Origin: Dysgonomonas sp.
Lineage (GTDB): Bacteria; Bacteroidota; Bacteroidia; Bacteroidales; Dysgonomonadaceae
Assembly: GCA_047606265.1 (NCBI GenBank)
Contig: JASGEQ010000007.1
Span: forward strand, 48,941-112,940
Direction: 5' to 3'
DNA length: 64,000 bases
In this document: positions 31,063 to 41,948 of the stretch, in pieces
Numbering within the stretch: the stretch's first letter is position 1
How the letters are laid out: every line of letters begins with the position of its first letter
Notes under the pieces: model-generated
What the model saw: the letters and a program-made list of their open reading frames with translations, nothing else
Told to the model about the DNA's origin: nothing
Databases searched by the model: none
Translations under genes and position numbers: made by a program

Positions 31063-32712
31063 TTAATCTGTCCAAAGTAATGTATATTGGGTTCCCCTAT
31101 CCACATTGAATTTACCATACTCTATAACATATCTTTCCAGATCATGGTTCGGTATAATATAAGCTGTTTTGGGAACAGGCACTATTTCTTCTGGCAAATA
31201 AAAGTAATTATTGCAATATTTCTTCATTTGTTCGATAGCCATGTTATCGTCGAGTACTTCCTTGGTTCTATCAAAGTCGTAAGGGCTAACGGGAGAGTAA
31301 AATAAGAAGACGATATGCTGCAGTGTTCCAGATAAATAGACCCGATCGAACTCTTTTTGCCCTATAAACTGAATCTGCTTTTCTATTCCTTTATAAAATC
31401 CTGTAGCAACTGGATTTTCTTCATTAAAGAAACAAATATATTTTACAGTAAAAATAACAGTCAATAATCCAATAAGAGACATTGCTGCAATCTTCGCACG
31501 TTTGACCTTTTCAATGCATAACATAAGTCCGCGAGCAACAAAATAAATAACAGGAAACCACAATATATTCCAATGGTTAGCGTTTGCCTGCACCATTAGC
31601 ACAATGGGCACAGAAGCTATAAGCCATATCGTGAATAAAGCATCAAAGAAACTGAAGCTTTTATTTTTTATTAATCTTACATAAGCTAAAATAAAAAATG
31701 GAATACCCAGCATATTATAAAACTGTCCGATATACCTGAATCCATTCCATACAAGCTTATCGTCGCCTAATATGATCAAGCGAAAAGCTTCCCGAACAAA
31801 GAGGAATCCATTTCCACCGCCTAGCAGTATTGTCTCTGTATGCCTGCTCTCTTTCAATTGTGTAATAGTAAGTATACCTAGTTGGTATTGCTCTCCTCCT
31901 GAAACCAGATTCAAAGCAAAAAGAATAAGCGGAAAAGCTAAAACTAACATTACAGCTATACAAAATACTACCTGATAGATTTTAATTTTCTTCTTTCTGT
32001 ATAAATAGACTCCAAGAAACAAGATAAATAATGGAAGCATAAACCAGCTTACACCATAGGCATATGCAGCTATTACAAAGAAAATACTACTAATCACATA
32101 ATATAACGATTGTTTTTTCTCCGAAAGGGCATGATAACCAAATATAATAAAGGAAACTCCTAACAGAATAAAATCGGGCGACAGATTACAATCCAAAGCC
32201 CAGCGGCTCTTCATTATATGCCATGGATTGAGGAAGAAGATCAAAACAACAATAAAAACTAATAGGTAATTTTTACTGTATTTTCTGAAAGTGTAATAGA
32301 AAGTAATAATAGAGATACAACTAATAAGAGCCATTGGCAGCCTATAGACACCCGATGACAAACCAAACAGCTTAATTAACGGTACTCCCAAATAGGCATA
32401 TAATGCACTTTGCCCACTACCCCACGAACGCAAATAAACGGGATAGGATGATAGATGTTGATCTACTCCATAATTGGCTATGCACCACGAGTCATAACCA
32501 CTAATAGCCTCATCGGAAAAAACACCTGCCGGGAAATCCGACAAACAGATTGTCCGAAAGAGAACGCCTATAAAGATTACAATTTGAGACCAATAAAGAT
32601 ATCCCCTATCAGAGGGAGTAAGTGTATTAGCATATTTGATCTCTTTCCTATTAAATAATAAAACAAGAATCCAGAAAAAAATTAATATTATGTAGGATGT
32701 ATTAAAGGTCAT
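31063..32712 (-). CDS. GT39/ArnT-like (GT-C fold) membrane glycosyltransferase
   Basis: FSDEAISGYD loop, NPWHIMKSRWALDCN, multiple TM helices, soluble C-terminal region. Confidence 0.75.
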   Translation of the reverse strand: MTFNTSYIILIFFWILVLLFNRKEIKYANTLTPSDRGYLYWSQIVIFIGVLFRTICLSDFPAGVFSDEAISGYDSWCIANYGVDQHLSSYPVYLRSWGSGQSALYAYLGVPLIKLFGLSSGVYRLPMALISCISIITFYYTFRKYSKNYLLVFIVVLIFFLNPWHIMKSRWALDCNLSPDFILLGVSFIIFGYHALSEKKQSLYYVISSIFFVIAAYAYGVSWFMLPLFILFLGVYLYRKKKIKIYQVVFCIAVMLVLAFPLILFALNLVSGGEQYQLGILTITQLKESRHTETILLGGGNGFLFVREAFRLIILGDDKLVWNGFRYIGQFYNMLGIPFFILAYVRLIKNKSFSFFDALFTIWLIASVPIVLMVQANANHWNILWFPVIYFVARGLMLCIEKVKRAKIAAMSLIGLLTVIFTVKYICFFNEENPVATGFYKGIEKQIQFIGQKEFDRVYLSGTLQHIVFLFYSPVSPYDFDRTKEVLDDNMAIEQMKKYCNNYFYLPEEIVPVPKTAYIIPNHDLERYVIEYGKFNVDRGTQYTLLWTD

Positions 32713-32715
32713 AAG

Positions 32716-33579
32716 TTACCTTATTTTGTCAAATCCCTCTCCATAGACACCCCGGACAGTACTTTGCGAAATAAATGCCTTTTCGTCAATACTTTTGATT
32801 AAACGAAATATTCCGACTGCTTCGGATCGCTTTGCCAACACAATAAGAACCTTTGTCGGTCTTTTCGTATACCATCCCATACCTTCCAAAACCGTACATC
32901 CACGATGCAGTTCTTCATTTATTGCAGTGGCAATAATATCGTATTTCTCCGAAAAAACAAGTATCTGAACAGACTGGCGGAAACCGTTTATCACCATATC
33001 GATACAGTAAGTCATCACTCCCATAACCAACAAGGCGTAAACAATTATCTGATAATCCCAGAGTACGAAATATGAACAACTGATAATGACAAAATCACAC
33101 AGAAGCATACCCCGTCCGAAAGCTATATTCTTATATTTATTGATTATGGCGACAACAATATCTGTTCCTCCTGTACTACCATTGGAACTAAAGACCAAGC
33201 CGATACCCACTCCACACATCATAGCACCGATAACACCCGACAATAAAGGTTCATTTTTAACTATCGGTTCCTTTATAAACATCTGACAAATAGTAAGTAA
33301 GAATGTAAGAACTATAACGCCGTATATAGTCTTAATCATAAACTTCAGACCCAACAACTTCAATGCAACGACAAGCAATGCACAGTTTGTAAAGAAATAA
33401 GTATATTGTAACGGTATGCCGGATGCATATTCTATAAGCAGGGCAATACCGGTTAACCCTCCCGTTACAATGCCTACGGGCTTAATAAATCCGATTAGGC
33501 CAACAGCATATAGAGCCAGACCAACGAATATCAACGCATAGTCTTTCCAATAAAATTCTTTTAAATAGCGTTTAGGCAT
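32716..33579 (-). CDS. YitT family membrane protein
   Basis: GIVTGGLTGIA, GSTGGTDI, HRGCT, DEKAFI; directly after leuS. Confidence 0.9.
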   Translation of the reverse strand: MPKRYLKEFYWKDYALIFVGLALYAVGLIGFIKPVGIVTGGLTGIALLIEYASGIPLQYTYFFTNCALLVVALKLLGLKFMIKTIYGVIVLTFLLTICQMFIKEPIVKNEPLLSGVIGAMMCGVGIGLVFSSNGSTGGTDIVVAIINKYKNIAFGRGMLLCDFVIISCSYFVLWDYQIIVYALLVMGVMTYCIDMVINGFRQSVQILVFSEKYDIIATAINEELHRGCTVLEGMGWYTKRPTKVLIVLAKRSEAVGIFRLIKSIDEKAFISQSTVRGVYGEGFDKIR

Positions 33580-33602
33580 CTCTATATTTTTTAGAGTATA
33601 TT

Positions 33603-36404
33603 TTAAAGAACAACATTAATCATCTTCTTAGGGACAAACACTACTTTCTTCGGTGTTTTACCGTCAAGCCACTTTTGAGCCAATTCGTGACTTAGTACCA
33701 CTTCCTCAACCTCAGCTTGCACCGCTTCTGCCGAAAATTCTAATTCAAAGCGCACTTTACCATTAAAGGCTACTCCGTATCTGAATGAATCTTCAACCAA
33801 ATACTCTTCATTGAACAGAGGCCACTTGGCATCACAAACTGAAGTTGTATTTCCGAGTACATGCCATAATTCTTCCGAGACAAAAGGAGCAAAAGGAGCC
33901 AATAAAACAATCAATTCGTGTAAGATCGCTTTTTTACTGCATTTAGCAGATGTAAGCTCATTTACGCATATCATAAATGCAGAAACGGATGTATTGAATG
34001 AGAAAGTCTCTATATCTCCCGACACTTTCTTTATCAGTTTATGCAGAGATTTCAATTCTTCTTTTGTTGGTTGTTCATCTGTAACAGCGAACTCTTCTCC
34101 TTTATAGAAAAGATTCCAGACTTTGCGTAGAAAACGATGAACACCGTCAACTCCATTTGTATCCCAAGGCTTAGATAATTCTAACGGGCCTAAAAACATT
34201 TCGTACATACGTAGTGTGTCAGCTCCATATTTATCTACCATTAAGTCCGGATTGACTACATTATGGTAAGACTTTGACATTTTTTCCACAGCCCATCCAC
34301 AGATATATTTACCATCTTCGAGTACAAATTCTGCATTCGCAAATTCCGGACGCCAAGCTTTGAATGCTTCTATATCAAGCACATCATTGCTTACAATATT
34401 CACATCTACATGCAATTCAGTCGTCTCATATTGATCTTTCAGATTCAGAGACACAAACTTATTCGTTCCGTTGATGCGATAAACAAAATTACTGCGCCCT
34501 TGTATCATCCCCTGATTAATCAGCTTTTTGAAAGGCTCATTCTCGCAAGAGGCACCTATATCGAATAAAAACTTATTCCAGAACCGGCTGTATATCAAGT
34601 GTCCGGTAGCATGTTCTGTACCACCGATGTATAAATCTACATTACGCCAATATTCATCCTTTTCTTTCGAGACCAATCCATTATTATTGTGCGGATCCAT
34701 ATAGCGCAAGTAATAAGCAGAAGAACCGGCAAAGCCCGGCATAGTATTCAACTCTAAAGGAAATATTGTTTTATGATCGATCAAAGCTGTATCTACAACT
34801 TTTTCATTCATGGTATCCCAAGCCCACTTAGTCGCACGGCCTAATGGCGGTTCGCCTATTTCGGTAGGTAAATATTTATCAACCTCCGGAAGTTCCAAAG
34901 GCAACTTATCCAAAGGCAACATATATGGCATATCATCTTTATAATAAACAGGGAACGGCTCACCCCAATAGCGTTGGCGAGAAAAGATTGCGTCACGCAG
35001 ACGGTAATTTACCTTTATACGTCCCAGATTATTCTCTTTAATATATTGGCGGGCTTTTTCAATAGCCTCTTTCACTTCCAACCCGTTCAAAAAGCCGGAA
35101 TTCATCATAATTCCTTCTTTTGCATCGAAACTTTCTTCCGATACATCACAACCTTCGATCAATGGAATGATAGGCAGATCGAAATGCTTAGCAAAAGCAT
35201 GGTCACGGCTATCGTGTCCCGGAACAGCCATAATAGCCCCTGTACCATATCCGGCAAGCACGTAATCCGATATCCAAATAGGAATCTCTTTTCCATTCAA
35301 AGGGTTAACAGCATACGATCCGGTAAATACGCCTGTTACTTTTTTATCAACCAAACGATCCCGTTCTGTACGGCGTTTGGTTGCATCCAAATAAGCATCA
35401 ACTTCTGCTTTTTGTCTGGCGGTTGTTACCTGATATACATATTCGCTTTCGGGAGCAAGTACCATAAAGGTTACTCCGAAAATCGTATCGGCACGAGTAG
35501 TAAAAATATCGAACGCCACATCCGAATCTTTCACTTTGAATTGCATTTCCGCTCCCTCGCTTCTTCCAATCCAATTGCGTTGAGTTTCTTTTATTGATTC
35601 ACTCCAGTCAATCTCATTCAACCCATCGAGCAAACGCTGTGCATATGCCGATACACGCAAACTCCACTGACGCATCAATCGCTGTTCGACAGGATGCCCT
35701 CCACGTTCCGAAAGTCCATTGATCACCTCATCATTAGCCAATACCGTTCCTAATGCCGGACACCAGTTAACTTTAGTTTCCCTCAAGTAAGCTACACGAT
35801 AGTTCAGTAATATTTCTTGTTGTTCTTTTTCCGATTTAGCTTTCCACTCCTCCGCCGTAAACGAAAGTTCTTCACTACAAGCAATGTTCATGCCTTTCGT
35901 TCCCTGCACCTCAAAAACACTAATCAATTCGGCAATCGGACGCGCCTGCTGCTCATCATTGCAATAGTAACTGTTGAACATCTGAATAAACGCCCACTGC
36001 GTCCAATGATAATATTCAGGATCACAAGTTTGCACCTCTCTACTCCAGTCGAAAGAGAAGCCTATTTTATCTAGCTGCTCACGATAACGTGTAATATTCT
36101 GAGCCGTAGTAATGGCAGGATGCTGTCCTGTTTGTATAGCATATTGCTCGGCAGGAAGACCGTATGCATCGTACCCCATAGGATGCAACACATTAAAGCC
36201 GTTCAACCGTTTATAGCGCGAGTAGATATCAGACGCGATGTATCCAAGAGGATGCCCTACATGTAACCCTGCTCCCGATGGGTACGGAAACATGTCGAGC
36301 ACATAATATTTTGGTTTGTCTTTGTTTTCAGTAACTTGATAAGTCTTGTTTTCAATCCAGTATTGATGCCAGCGTTTTTCTATTTCCTTAAAGTTGTATT
36401 CCAT
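33603..36404 (-). CDS. leuS: Leucine--tRNA ligase
   Basis: [14 protein letters not shown] (HIGH), KMSKS, TTRADT editing domain. Confidence 0.98.
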   Translation of the reverse strand: MEYNFKEIEKRWHQYWIENKTYQVTENKDKPKYYVLDMFPYPSGAGLHVGHPLGYIASDIYSRYKRLNGFNVLHPMGYDAYGLPAEQYAIQTGQHPAITTAQNITRYREQLDKIGFSFDWSREVQTCDPEYYHWTQWAFIQMFNSYYCNDEQQARPIAELISVFEVQGTKGMNIACSEELSFTAEEWKAKSEKEQQEILLNYRVAYLRETKVNWCPALGTVLANDEVINGLSERGGHPVEQRLMRQWSLRVSAYAQRLLDGLNEIDWSESIKETQRNWIGRSEGAEMQFKVKDSDVAFDIFTTRADTIFGVTFMVLAPESEYVYQVTTARQKAEVDAYLDATKRRTERDRLVDKKVTGVFTGSYAVNPLNGKEIPIWISDYVLAGYGTGAIMAVPGHDSRDHAFAKHFDLPIIPLIEGCDVSEESFDAKEGIMMNSGFLNGLEVKEAIEKARQYIKENNLGRIKVNYRLRDAIFSRQRYWGEPFPVYYKDDMPYMLPLDKLPLELPEVDKYLPTEIGEPPLGRATKWAWDTMNEKVVDTALIDHKTIFPLELNTMPGFAGSSAYYLRYMDPHNNNGLVSKEKDEYWRNVDLYIGGTEHATGHLIYSRFWNKFLFDIGASCENEPFKKLINQGMIQGRSNFVYRINGTNKFVSLNLKDQYETTELHVDVNIVSNDVLDIEAFKAWRPEFANAEFVLEDGKYICGWAVEKMSKSYHNVVNPDLMVDKYGADTLRMYEMFLGPLELSKPWDTNGVDGVHRFLRKVWNLFYKGEEFAVTDEQPTKEELKSLHKLIKKVSGDIETFSFNTSVSAFMICVNELTSAKCSKKAILHELIVLLAPFAPFVSEELWHVLGNTTSVCDAKWPLFNEEYLVEDSFRYGVAFNGKVRFELEFSAEAVQAEVEEVVLSHELAQKWLDGKTPKKVVFVPKKMINVVL

Positions 36405-36435
36405 ATCACAAAAGAATGTTCGATTTTTACTGGCG

Positions 36436-36443
36436 CAAAGATA
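36436..36443 (-). promoter_or_regulatory. -7 promoter box for leuS
   Basis: TATCTTTG, 31 nt upstream of ATG. Confidence 0.7.
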
Positions 36444-36605
36444 GTTATTTTCTTTCGACTAGATATTACGATATAGAGCATTGTTATTAATCTATTTAAC
36501 TAATTAATTAACATAAACCTAAAGAAAATCAGTAGCTACAATCCCAATCTTGCAATAATTTTCAAAAAATCTCATTTTGCCATCTCTACTTTACAAAATA
36601 ATATA

Positions 36606-36613
36606 TATTTTTG
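36606..36613 (+). promoter_or_regulatory. -7 promoter box for the oxidoreductase gene
   Basis: TATTTTTG upstream of ATG 36658, which supports the shorter start. Confidence 0.5.
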
Positions 36614-36657
36614 CAAACTCCAGATGGCAAAACAGTCAATATGTGAATAAATTATAT

Positions 36658-37959
36658 ATGAAAAATAATTTTGCAGAAATAAATGTAAGTTTTACAACGC
36701 AAGAAGCTATAGACGAAGCCAAGCGTTGTCTCAATTGCAAAAACCCGCTATGCATGCAGGGTTGCCCAATAGAGCACAATATTCCCGGCTTCATTAACCA
36801 GCTTTCGATGGGTAATATTGGAGCGGCAATGCAGATCATTAATGAAAAAAGTAATTTGCCTGCCATTTGCGGAAGGGTATGCCCCCACGAGAAGCAATGC
36901 GAAGGGCATTGCATTCTCAACAAAAGGAATAATCCCGTAAAAGTGGGAAAACTAGAACGCTTCATAGCTGACTTTGATAGCAACATGAATTTGATAAAAG
37001 AACGCCTGAAGCCAAAAACACGAGGAAAGGTAGCTGTTGTTGGTTCAGGCCCGGCCGGATTAACCGTAGCCGGGGATCTTGCCCGCGAAGGCTTTAACGT
37101 GATGGTATTTGAAGGGCAAAAAGAGCCCGGAGGCGTGTTGATGTATGGCATCCCCGAATACCGTCTTCCAAAAGATATCGTAAGAAGAGAAATCAAAAAA
37201 ATAGAAGCTCTGGGCGTCACCTTTGTGAATGATTTTCTTGTAGGAGAAAAAATGACTGTCGACCAAATGCTCGAACGGGAATTTGACGCTGTATTTATAG
37301 GCTCTGGGACTTCTGTCCCAAAAACGCTTGATATTCCGGGTATTACTTTATATAGAGTATCGCAGTCATCCTATTTCCTTCGTATGGTAAATCTTTATAA
37401 CAATGGAGATATCAGCCGGATAGCCGTGCCCCTTATCGAAGGCGAAAACATTGCCGTTATCGGAGCCGGGAACGTAGCAATGGATGCAGCCCGAACAGCC
37501 CTAAGAATGGGAGCCAAAAGTGTTTCTGTCATTTACAGAGGTGTGGAAGAAGAGATTCCTGCTCTAAAAACAGAATATAATGAAGCGGTGGAGGAAGGTG
37601 TTCAGTTTCTCTGGCAAAGCAGGACTGTAGAATGCATCGGAGAAAACAACACACTTAAAGCCATCAGGGTAGAAACCCCGGAAGGAGAAAAAATAATACC
37701 TATGGATCGCGTATTTATATCCATTGGCTCTAAGCCAGCCAATCGAATTGTTTCTACCTCTCTGGGCATTGAGGTGAATGAAAACGGATATGTAATAACT
37801 AAAGATTATCCTTACGGAATGACTACCCGAAAAGGGGTTTTTGCCGGAGGAGATGTAGTACATACCCCACAAACAGTGGTTTTAGCCATGCGTGAAGCCA
37901 AACAGGTAGCCAAAGGAATCGCCCAATATGTAGATGCAGTAAAATTACTTAACAGCTAA
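36658..37959 (+). CDS. NAD(P)-dependent Fe-S flavo-oxidoreductase, GltD/SudA/NfnA-like
   Basis: EAKRCLNC..CMQGCP, ICGRVCPHEKQCEGHC, GSGPAG, GAGNVAMDAAR, GVFAGGD. Confidence 0.88.
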   Translation: MKNNFAEINVSFTTQEAIDEAKRCLNCKNPLCMQGCPIEHNIPGFINQLSMGNIGAAMQIINEKSNLPAICGRVCPHEKQCEGHCILNKRNNPVKVGKLERFIADFDSNMNLIKERLKPKTRGKVAVVGSGPAGLTVAGDLAREGFNVMVFEGQKEPGGVLMYGIPEYRLPKDIVRREIKKIEALGVTFVNDFLVGEKMTVDQMLEREFDAVFIGSGTSVPKTLDIPGITLYRVSQSSYFLRMVNLYNNGDISRIAVPLIEGENIAVIGAGNVAMDAARTALRMGAKSVSVIYRGVEEEIPALKTEYNEAVEEGVQFLWQSRTVECIGENNTLKAIRVETPEGEKIIPMDRVFISIGSKPANRIVSTSLGIEVNENGYVITKDYPYGMTTRKGVFAGGDVVHTPQTVVLAMREAKQVAKGIAQYVDAVKLLNS

Positions 37960-37979
37960 TTGTTTAAGTATATAGTGAG

Positions 37980-38009
37980 AGAAAGCCGGAATTACCCGGC
38001 TTTCTTTTT
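37980..38009. terminator. Bidirectional terminator between convergent genes
   Basis: AGAAAGCCGG-6 nt-CCGGCTTTCT-TTTT. Confidence 0.85.
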
Positions 38010-38913
38010 ATTTTAAAATTTGTTTATCTGTAAGATACTTCACTAAATATTCATTGAATATTATACCAAACACAATCAGTAACAATCCCAGGTATGTAGT
38101 AGTATATATTTGTTCTCCAAGAATTAAGTGTATAAGGAGTAATGAAATAAATGGAGACAAATAGCACAATTGATTTACGAGTGCCGAATTTCCGGTCTTT
38201 CTTATTGCTAAGCCAAAGAAGATAAACGGTATCCCCATTTCGAAAGTTCCGACATAGATACTGGATAATAATCCCGGTAAAGAATGGAAATCAACATCGA
38301 CAAAAATTGTGCCTATCAATAAATATATAGAGCCAAACAAAAAGCTCAAGAATAGAGCAATAATGAAATCTACTTCTTTATTAAGATTATTCACGATCCA
38401 GTATGCAGCCCATAAAAAGGCACTCAGAAAAGCCAATAATAAGCCTGGCAAAGGCAAACTGTTACCCGATATAGTACCTGAACCCAAAGAGATGAGGGTC
38501 ACACCTGCAAGAGAAAAAAACATTCCTATATATTTAGTTTTAGGAATCGCTGTTCGAGTGAAAATAGATAACAATACCAATAATACTATCGGCCACGAGT
38601 AGTTAATTGGTTGTGCAATCTGCGCAGGTAACAAAGAGTATGATTTGAATAATACCAGATAGTACACCAACGGATTAAGCAGTCCTATCAAGGCAAATTT
38701 ACCCCATTGCTTAGGGGGTATTTTCTTTAGATCAGACCATTTCTTTTGGATAGTGATTGCCACAGAAAACACGAACAGCGCTGTGAGACTTGCTATCAAA
38801 AGCATTTCGTAATGAGAGTAGTAGCGCAATGCCATCTTAAACATGGTAGCTACGGTAGACCAGCTCAATACAGCAACTATGCCGTATACAATAGCTTTAT
38901 TATTGTTAGTCAT
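38008..38913 (-). CDS. DMT/EamA family transporter
   Basis: Ten hydrophobic helices in two repeats; INYSWP and YLSPFIS motifs. Confidence 0.88.
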   Translation of the reverse strand: MTNNNKAIVYGIVAVLSWSTVATMFKMALRYYSHYEMLLIASLTALFVFSVAITIQKKWSDLKKIPPKQWGKFALIGLLNPLVYYLVLFKSYSLLPAQIAQPINYSWPIVLLVLLSIFTRTAIPKTKYIGMFFSLAGVTLISLGSGTISGNSLPLPGLLLAFLSAFLWAAYWIVNNLNKEVDFIIALFLSFLFGSIYLLIGTIFVDVDFHSLPGLLSSIYVGTFEMGIPFIFFGLAIRKTGNSALVNQLCYLSPFISLLLIHLILGEQIYTTTYLGLLLIVFGIIFNEYLVKYLTDKQILK

Positions 38914-38918
38914 TACTT

Positions 38919-40292
38919 CTACCTAAGAGCCTCCACTTCATCTGCGGTTAACGGTATTTTCTTACCCAATCTACGGCTTCCGGTCTCTGTTATTAAGAAA
39001 TCTTCTTCATTACGAATACCGCCAAAAGACCTGTAAGCTTCAAGCTTATTGTAGTTGATAAACCCGGCGAATCTCTTTTCACTTTTCCACAAGTCTATCA
39101 ATTCGGGAATGAAGTATACACCAGGTTCTATTGTCAATACAAAACCGGGCTCTAATTTTCTGCCCAGACGTAAAGACTTACGCCCAAATTGAGGACTCTT
39201 AGCCCTACCATCATATCCAACCCATACTTCTCCCAGATTTTCCATATCGTGAACATCAAGTCCCATCATATGGCCCAAACCGCACTGGAAAAACATGGCA
39301 TGCGCTCCGGCTTGTACAGCTTCATCGCTATCACCTTTCATCAACCCCAAGCTTTTCATCCCTTCACATATGACTTTTGCCGATAGATTATATACATCTT
39401 CAAACAAAACTCCCGGACGTAAAGCTCCTACAGCTGCAATATGAGACGCCACCTGAATATCATATATTTCTTTTTGCCGGGTCGAAAACTTTTTGCCGGC
39501 TGGTATAGTAGACGACATATCTCCAGCATAACCCATTTCTGTTTCTGCACCGGCATCGATAAGAAGCATATCACCTTCCCCTATAGTATTGCCATGATAA
39601 TGATTATGTAAAGTTTGCCCATTTATAGTAGCAATGGTAGGGAAAGACAGACGCCCACCGGAAGCATATGCAACCCCTTCTATAATAGCGGCGACCTCAT
39701 ATTCTTTCATTCCTATACGTGTTTCCCGAATAGCAGCCAAATGCATATCAGCAGTTATATTACAGGCTTTTTCTATTTCAAAAATTTCCTCCCCGGTTTT
39801 ATAATTTCTCTGATTGACAACCTCTCTAATGAAAGGAACCGAAGCCTCATACCGAGACGGTTTAACACCAAGCCAATCCATCAGTTTCAGCTTATGTTCG
39901 GCACGGTATGGTGGTAAATAATGTATTTTCTGCCCTTTCGAAACAGCTTTGGCCAGATAATTTTTTATTGAAGCATGAGGCTGGGTTTCTCTCACACCGA
40001 CGCTTTCACTTTTCTCCCTGAGAGAAGGTTGCGTGCCCATCCAAACTATCTGGTCGATAGTAAGCTCATCACCAAATATTATTTCTTTATCTTCATCTAT
40101 ATTGATTATTGCAGTAAGTCCTGCATACGACAATCCCCAAAAATATAAAAATGTGGAATCTTGGCGAAAATGATAAGTATTATCTTCATAATTCATTCCA
40201 CATTCATCATTACCCATAAATAAAAGAATACCTGAACCTAATCTTTTTTTCAGAAGATTTCTTCTGTTGATATAAGTGTCTTTCAAAAACAT
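38919..40292 (-). CDS. pepP: Xaa-Pro aminopeptidase (M24B)
   Basis: FRQDSTFLY, LLIDAG, YAGDMS, HMMGLDVHD, TIEPGVY, GIRNEED. Confidence 0.92.
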   Translation of the reverse strand: MFLKDTYINRRNLLKKRLGSGILLFMGNDECGMNYEDNTYHFRQDSTFLYFWGLSYAGLTAIINIDEDKEIIFGDELTIDQIVWMGTQPSLREKSESVGVRETQPHASIKNYLAKAVSKGQKIHYLPPYRAEHKLKLMDWLGVKPSRYEASVPFIREVVNQRNYKTGEEIFEIEKACNITADMHLAAIRETRIGMKEYEVAAIIEGVAYASGGRLSFPTIATINGQTLHNHYHGNTIGEGDMLLIDAGAETEMGYAGDMSSTIPAGKKFSTRQKEIYDIQVASHIAAVGALRPGVLFEDVYNLSAKVICEGMKSLGLMKGDSDEAVQAGAHAMFFQCGLGHMMGLDVHDMENLGEVWVGYDGRAKSPQFGRKSLRLGRKLEPGFVLTIEPGVYFIPELIDLWKSEKRFAGFINYNKLEAYRSFGGIRNEEDFLITETGSRRLGKKIPLTADEVEALR

Positions 40293-40393
40293 ATTAGAAA
40301 TAATTTAATTAATTATTATCAAAACTTACGGCAAAGGATATATAAAATCCCTCTAACAAGGAATAAGGGAACAGGTGATTTTCAGTTTTTAGA

Positions 40394-41203
40394 CTAATAA
40401 TCATCCCACTCATATCCAGAATCTGGATCAACAGGCTCACCATATACGGCACCCACAATTACCAACCCAGTAACACCAATAATGGCCAAGGTAGTATATA
40501 ATATACTATTATTTGCAGGTTTTATCGTATAAAAGAAATCGCCCCGATCTGCCATATTATTCGCCAAATCGTTTGGATGCAATCCACTGGTTTTTATTAG
40601 ATTTTTTAAATAAAAATCCTGAGTAAAGACCATTGGCTTTTCAGGTTGGGCATAGATAGTAAGATAGCTCCTAAACTTCAATGGAGTCGCAGATTCCTCA
40701 AAGTCAATTCTTTTTACAGGCATCGATTGACTAAACCGATTACCAATATAGGCATTTCTATAATCTTTTTTATCTATTTGTTCAAAATTTGAACTTAAGT
40801 ATAGAGGAATCTCACTTACCATAGATTGAGGCGGAATAAAAGTAATATTATCAGAAACAGCAACTGATACATTTCGCCCGGAAACAGATTCTGAATTGAA
40901 CCATTCTTCGGAATAATTCAGCTTTTCACCAACATAGGTTATAGCCATGTTATCGATAATCAAAGCTGAACGGCTCCAGTCTATATATAAAGGTTTATCG
41001 GTCTTGTTAAATGCCGTTATTTGTACCGGAGCATTCTCCCCTTTAAAACAATACGCTATCCAAAGACTATCTGTCTCAAGCAAAAAGTCTCCATTTTCTA
41101 CTTTTTCCACATATTCATTGGAAGTATCCAGTGTAGCAAAGAAATAGGTTGAGCTACAAGACGTAAAAGCGAGTAACGCGACTAACAAGGAAAAATACCT
41201 CAT
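40394..41203 (-). CDS. Hypothetical lipoprotein with a C-terminal hydrophobic helix
   Basis: Lipobox FTSC; ILYTTLAIIGVTGLVIVGAVYG near the C-terminus. Confidence 0.6.
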   Translation of the reverse strand: MRYFSLLVALLAFTSCSSTYFFATLDTSNEYVEKVENGDFLLETDSLWIAYCFKGENAPVQITAFNKTDKPLYIDWSRSALIIDNMAITYVGEKLNYSEEWFNSESVSGRNVSVAVSDNITFIPPQSMVSEIPLYLSSNFEQIDKKDYRNAYIGNRFSQSMPVKRIDFEESATPLKFRSYLTIYAQPEKPMVFTQDFYLKNLIKTSGLHPNDLANNMADRGDFFYTIKPANNSILYTTLAIIGVTGLVIVGAVYGEPVDPDSGYEWDDY

Positions 41204-41298
41204 AACAAATAGTTTAATTACTAATCATTCACCAATCTAATGTACAAAAGAATTTTCATTTTACATTTATTTATAAAGAGTTTTACACTCTTTCCACG

Positions 41299-41874
41299 TT
41301 ATCGTCTTTTCCATTCCAGTGATTCCATGATATGAACGATATCGTTACGAACAAACGAGACAACTTGTGCTATAGAATCAGCTTTTGCCGTCTGGTCAAA
41401 ATACAATGATCCTCGCAGAAAATTAGAAGTATTGTCCGTTATATAAAATTGAACAGGAGAAGCAACAGAACCTTGTATATCGTATATAATACCGAAAGTA
41501 TGGCGTAACGAATCAGAGAATTGAGCTTGTGATATCCCCTGAGCCATCGACACATGACTATATGCCAACCGATAGCTATCGTCTAAGATTTTATTCAGAT
41601 CCTGATTTAATAAAGGTATATAAGTGCAGTGCAGGGTTGCATTATACTGCTTATAATGCAGGCTAAACCAAATTTCAGGCTTAGTTTCGGATATTAATGA
41701 TTCTATGCAGGCATCGTTTGGATAAAGAAATGAAAATTCGGTATTGCTGAATTCAATATACTCTACTGGCTGACGCATTACACGCTGATAACCTTTTGGC
41801 TTGGGTGTATATTCATTACATGACAGTAATGCCAAAACAATAAATAAACAAAGGATACCAGACCTCATATTCAA
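41299..41874 (-). CDS. gldD: Gliding-motility lipoprotein GldD homologue
   Basis: SCNEYTPKPKGYQR, ASPVQFYITDNTSNFLRGSLYF, DIVHIMESLEWK. Confidence 0.88.
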   Translation of the reverse strand: MNMRSGILCLFIVLALLSCNEYTPKPKGYQRVMRQPVEYIEFSNTEFSFLYPNDACIESLISETKPEIWFSLHYKQYNATLHCTYIPLLNQDLNKILDDSYRLAYSHVSMAQGISQAQFSDSLRHTFGIIYDIQGSVASPVQFYITDNTSNFLRGSLYFDQTAKADSIAQVVSFVRNDIVHIMESLEWKRR

Positions 41875-41877
41875 AAA

Positions 41878-41927
41878 TAAAAAAAACAGATTAACACAAA
41901 CAGAATACCTATTTGAATTTAATCTGT
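41878..41927 (-). terminator. Intrinsic terminator after ssb
   Basis: Outer stem ACAGATTAA/TTAATCTGT, inner stem CAAATAG/CTGTTTG, then a U-run. Confidence 0.75.
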
Positions 41928-41948
41928 CACGAATTATTAATTTACATC

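Noticed and set aside
34974-35597. 207-aa ORF antisense to leuS
   Set aside because: Shadow of a conserved gene; no recognisable motifs
36577-36657. Longer starts in the ORF track (also nuoB 57112, nuoH 54784, susD 22856, hup 59849, mscS 42995)
   Set aside because: The extensions overlap promoters, terminators or neighbouring genes; internal ATGs fit the family N-termini better
36636-37220. 194-aa ORF antisense to the GltD-like gene
   Set aside because: Typical antisense shadow frame; no independent signals
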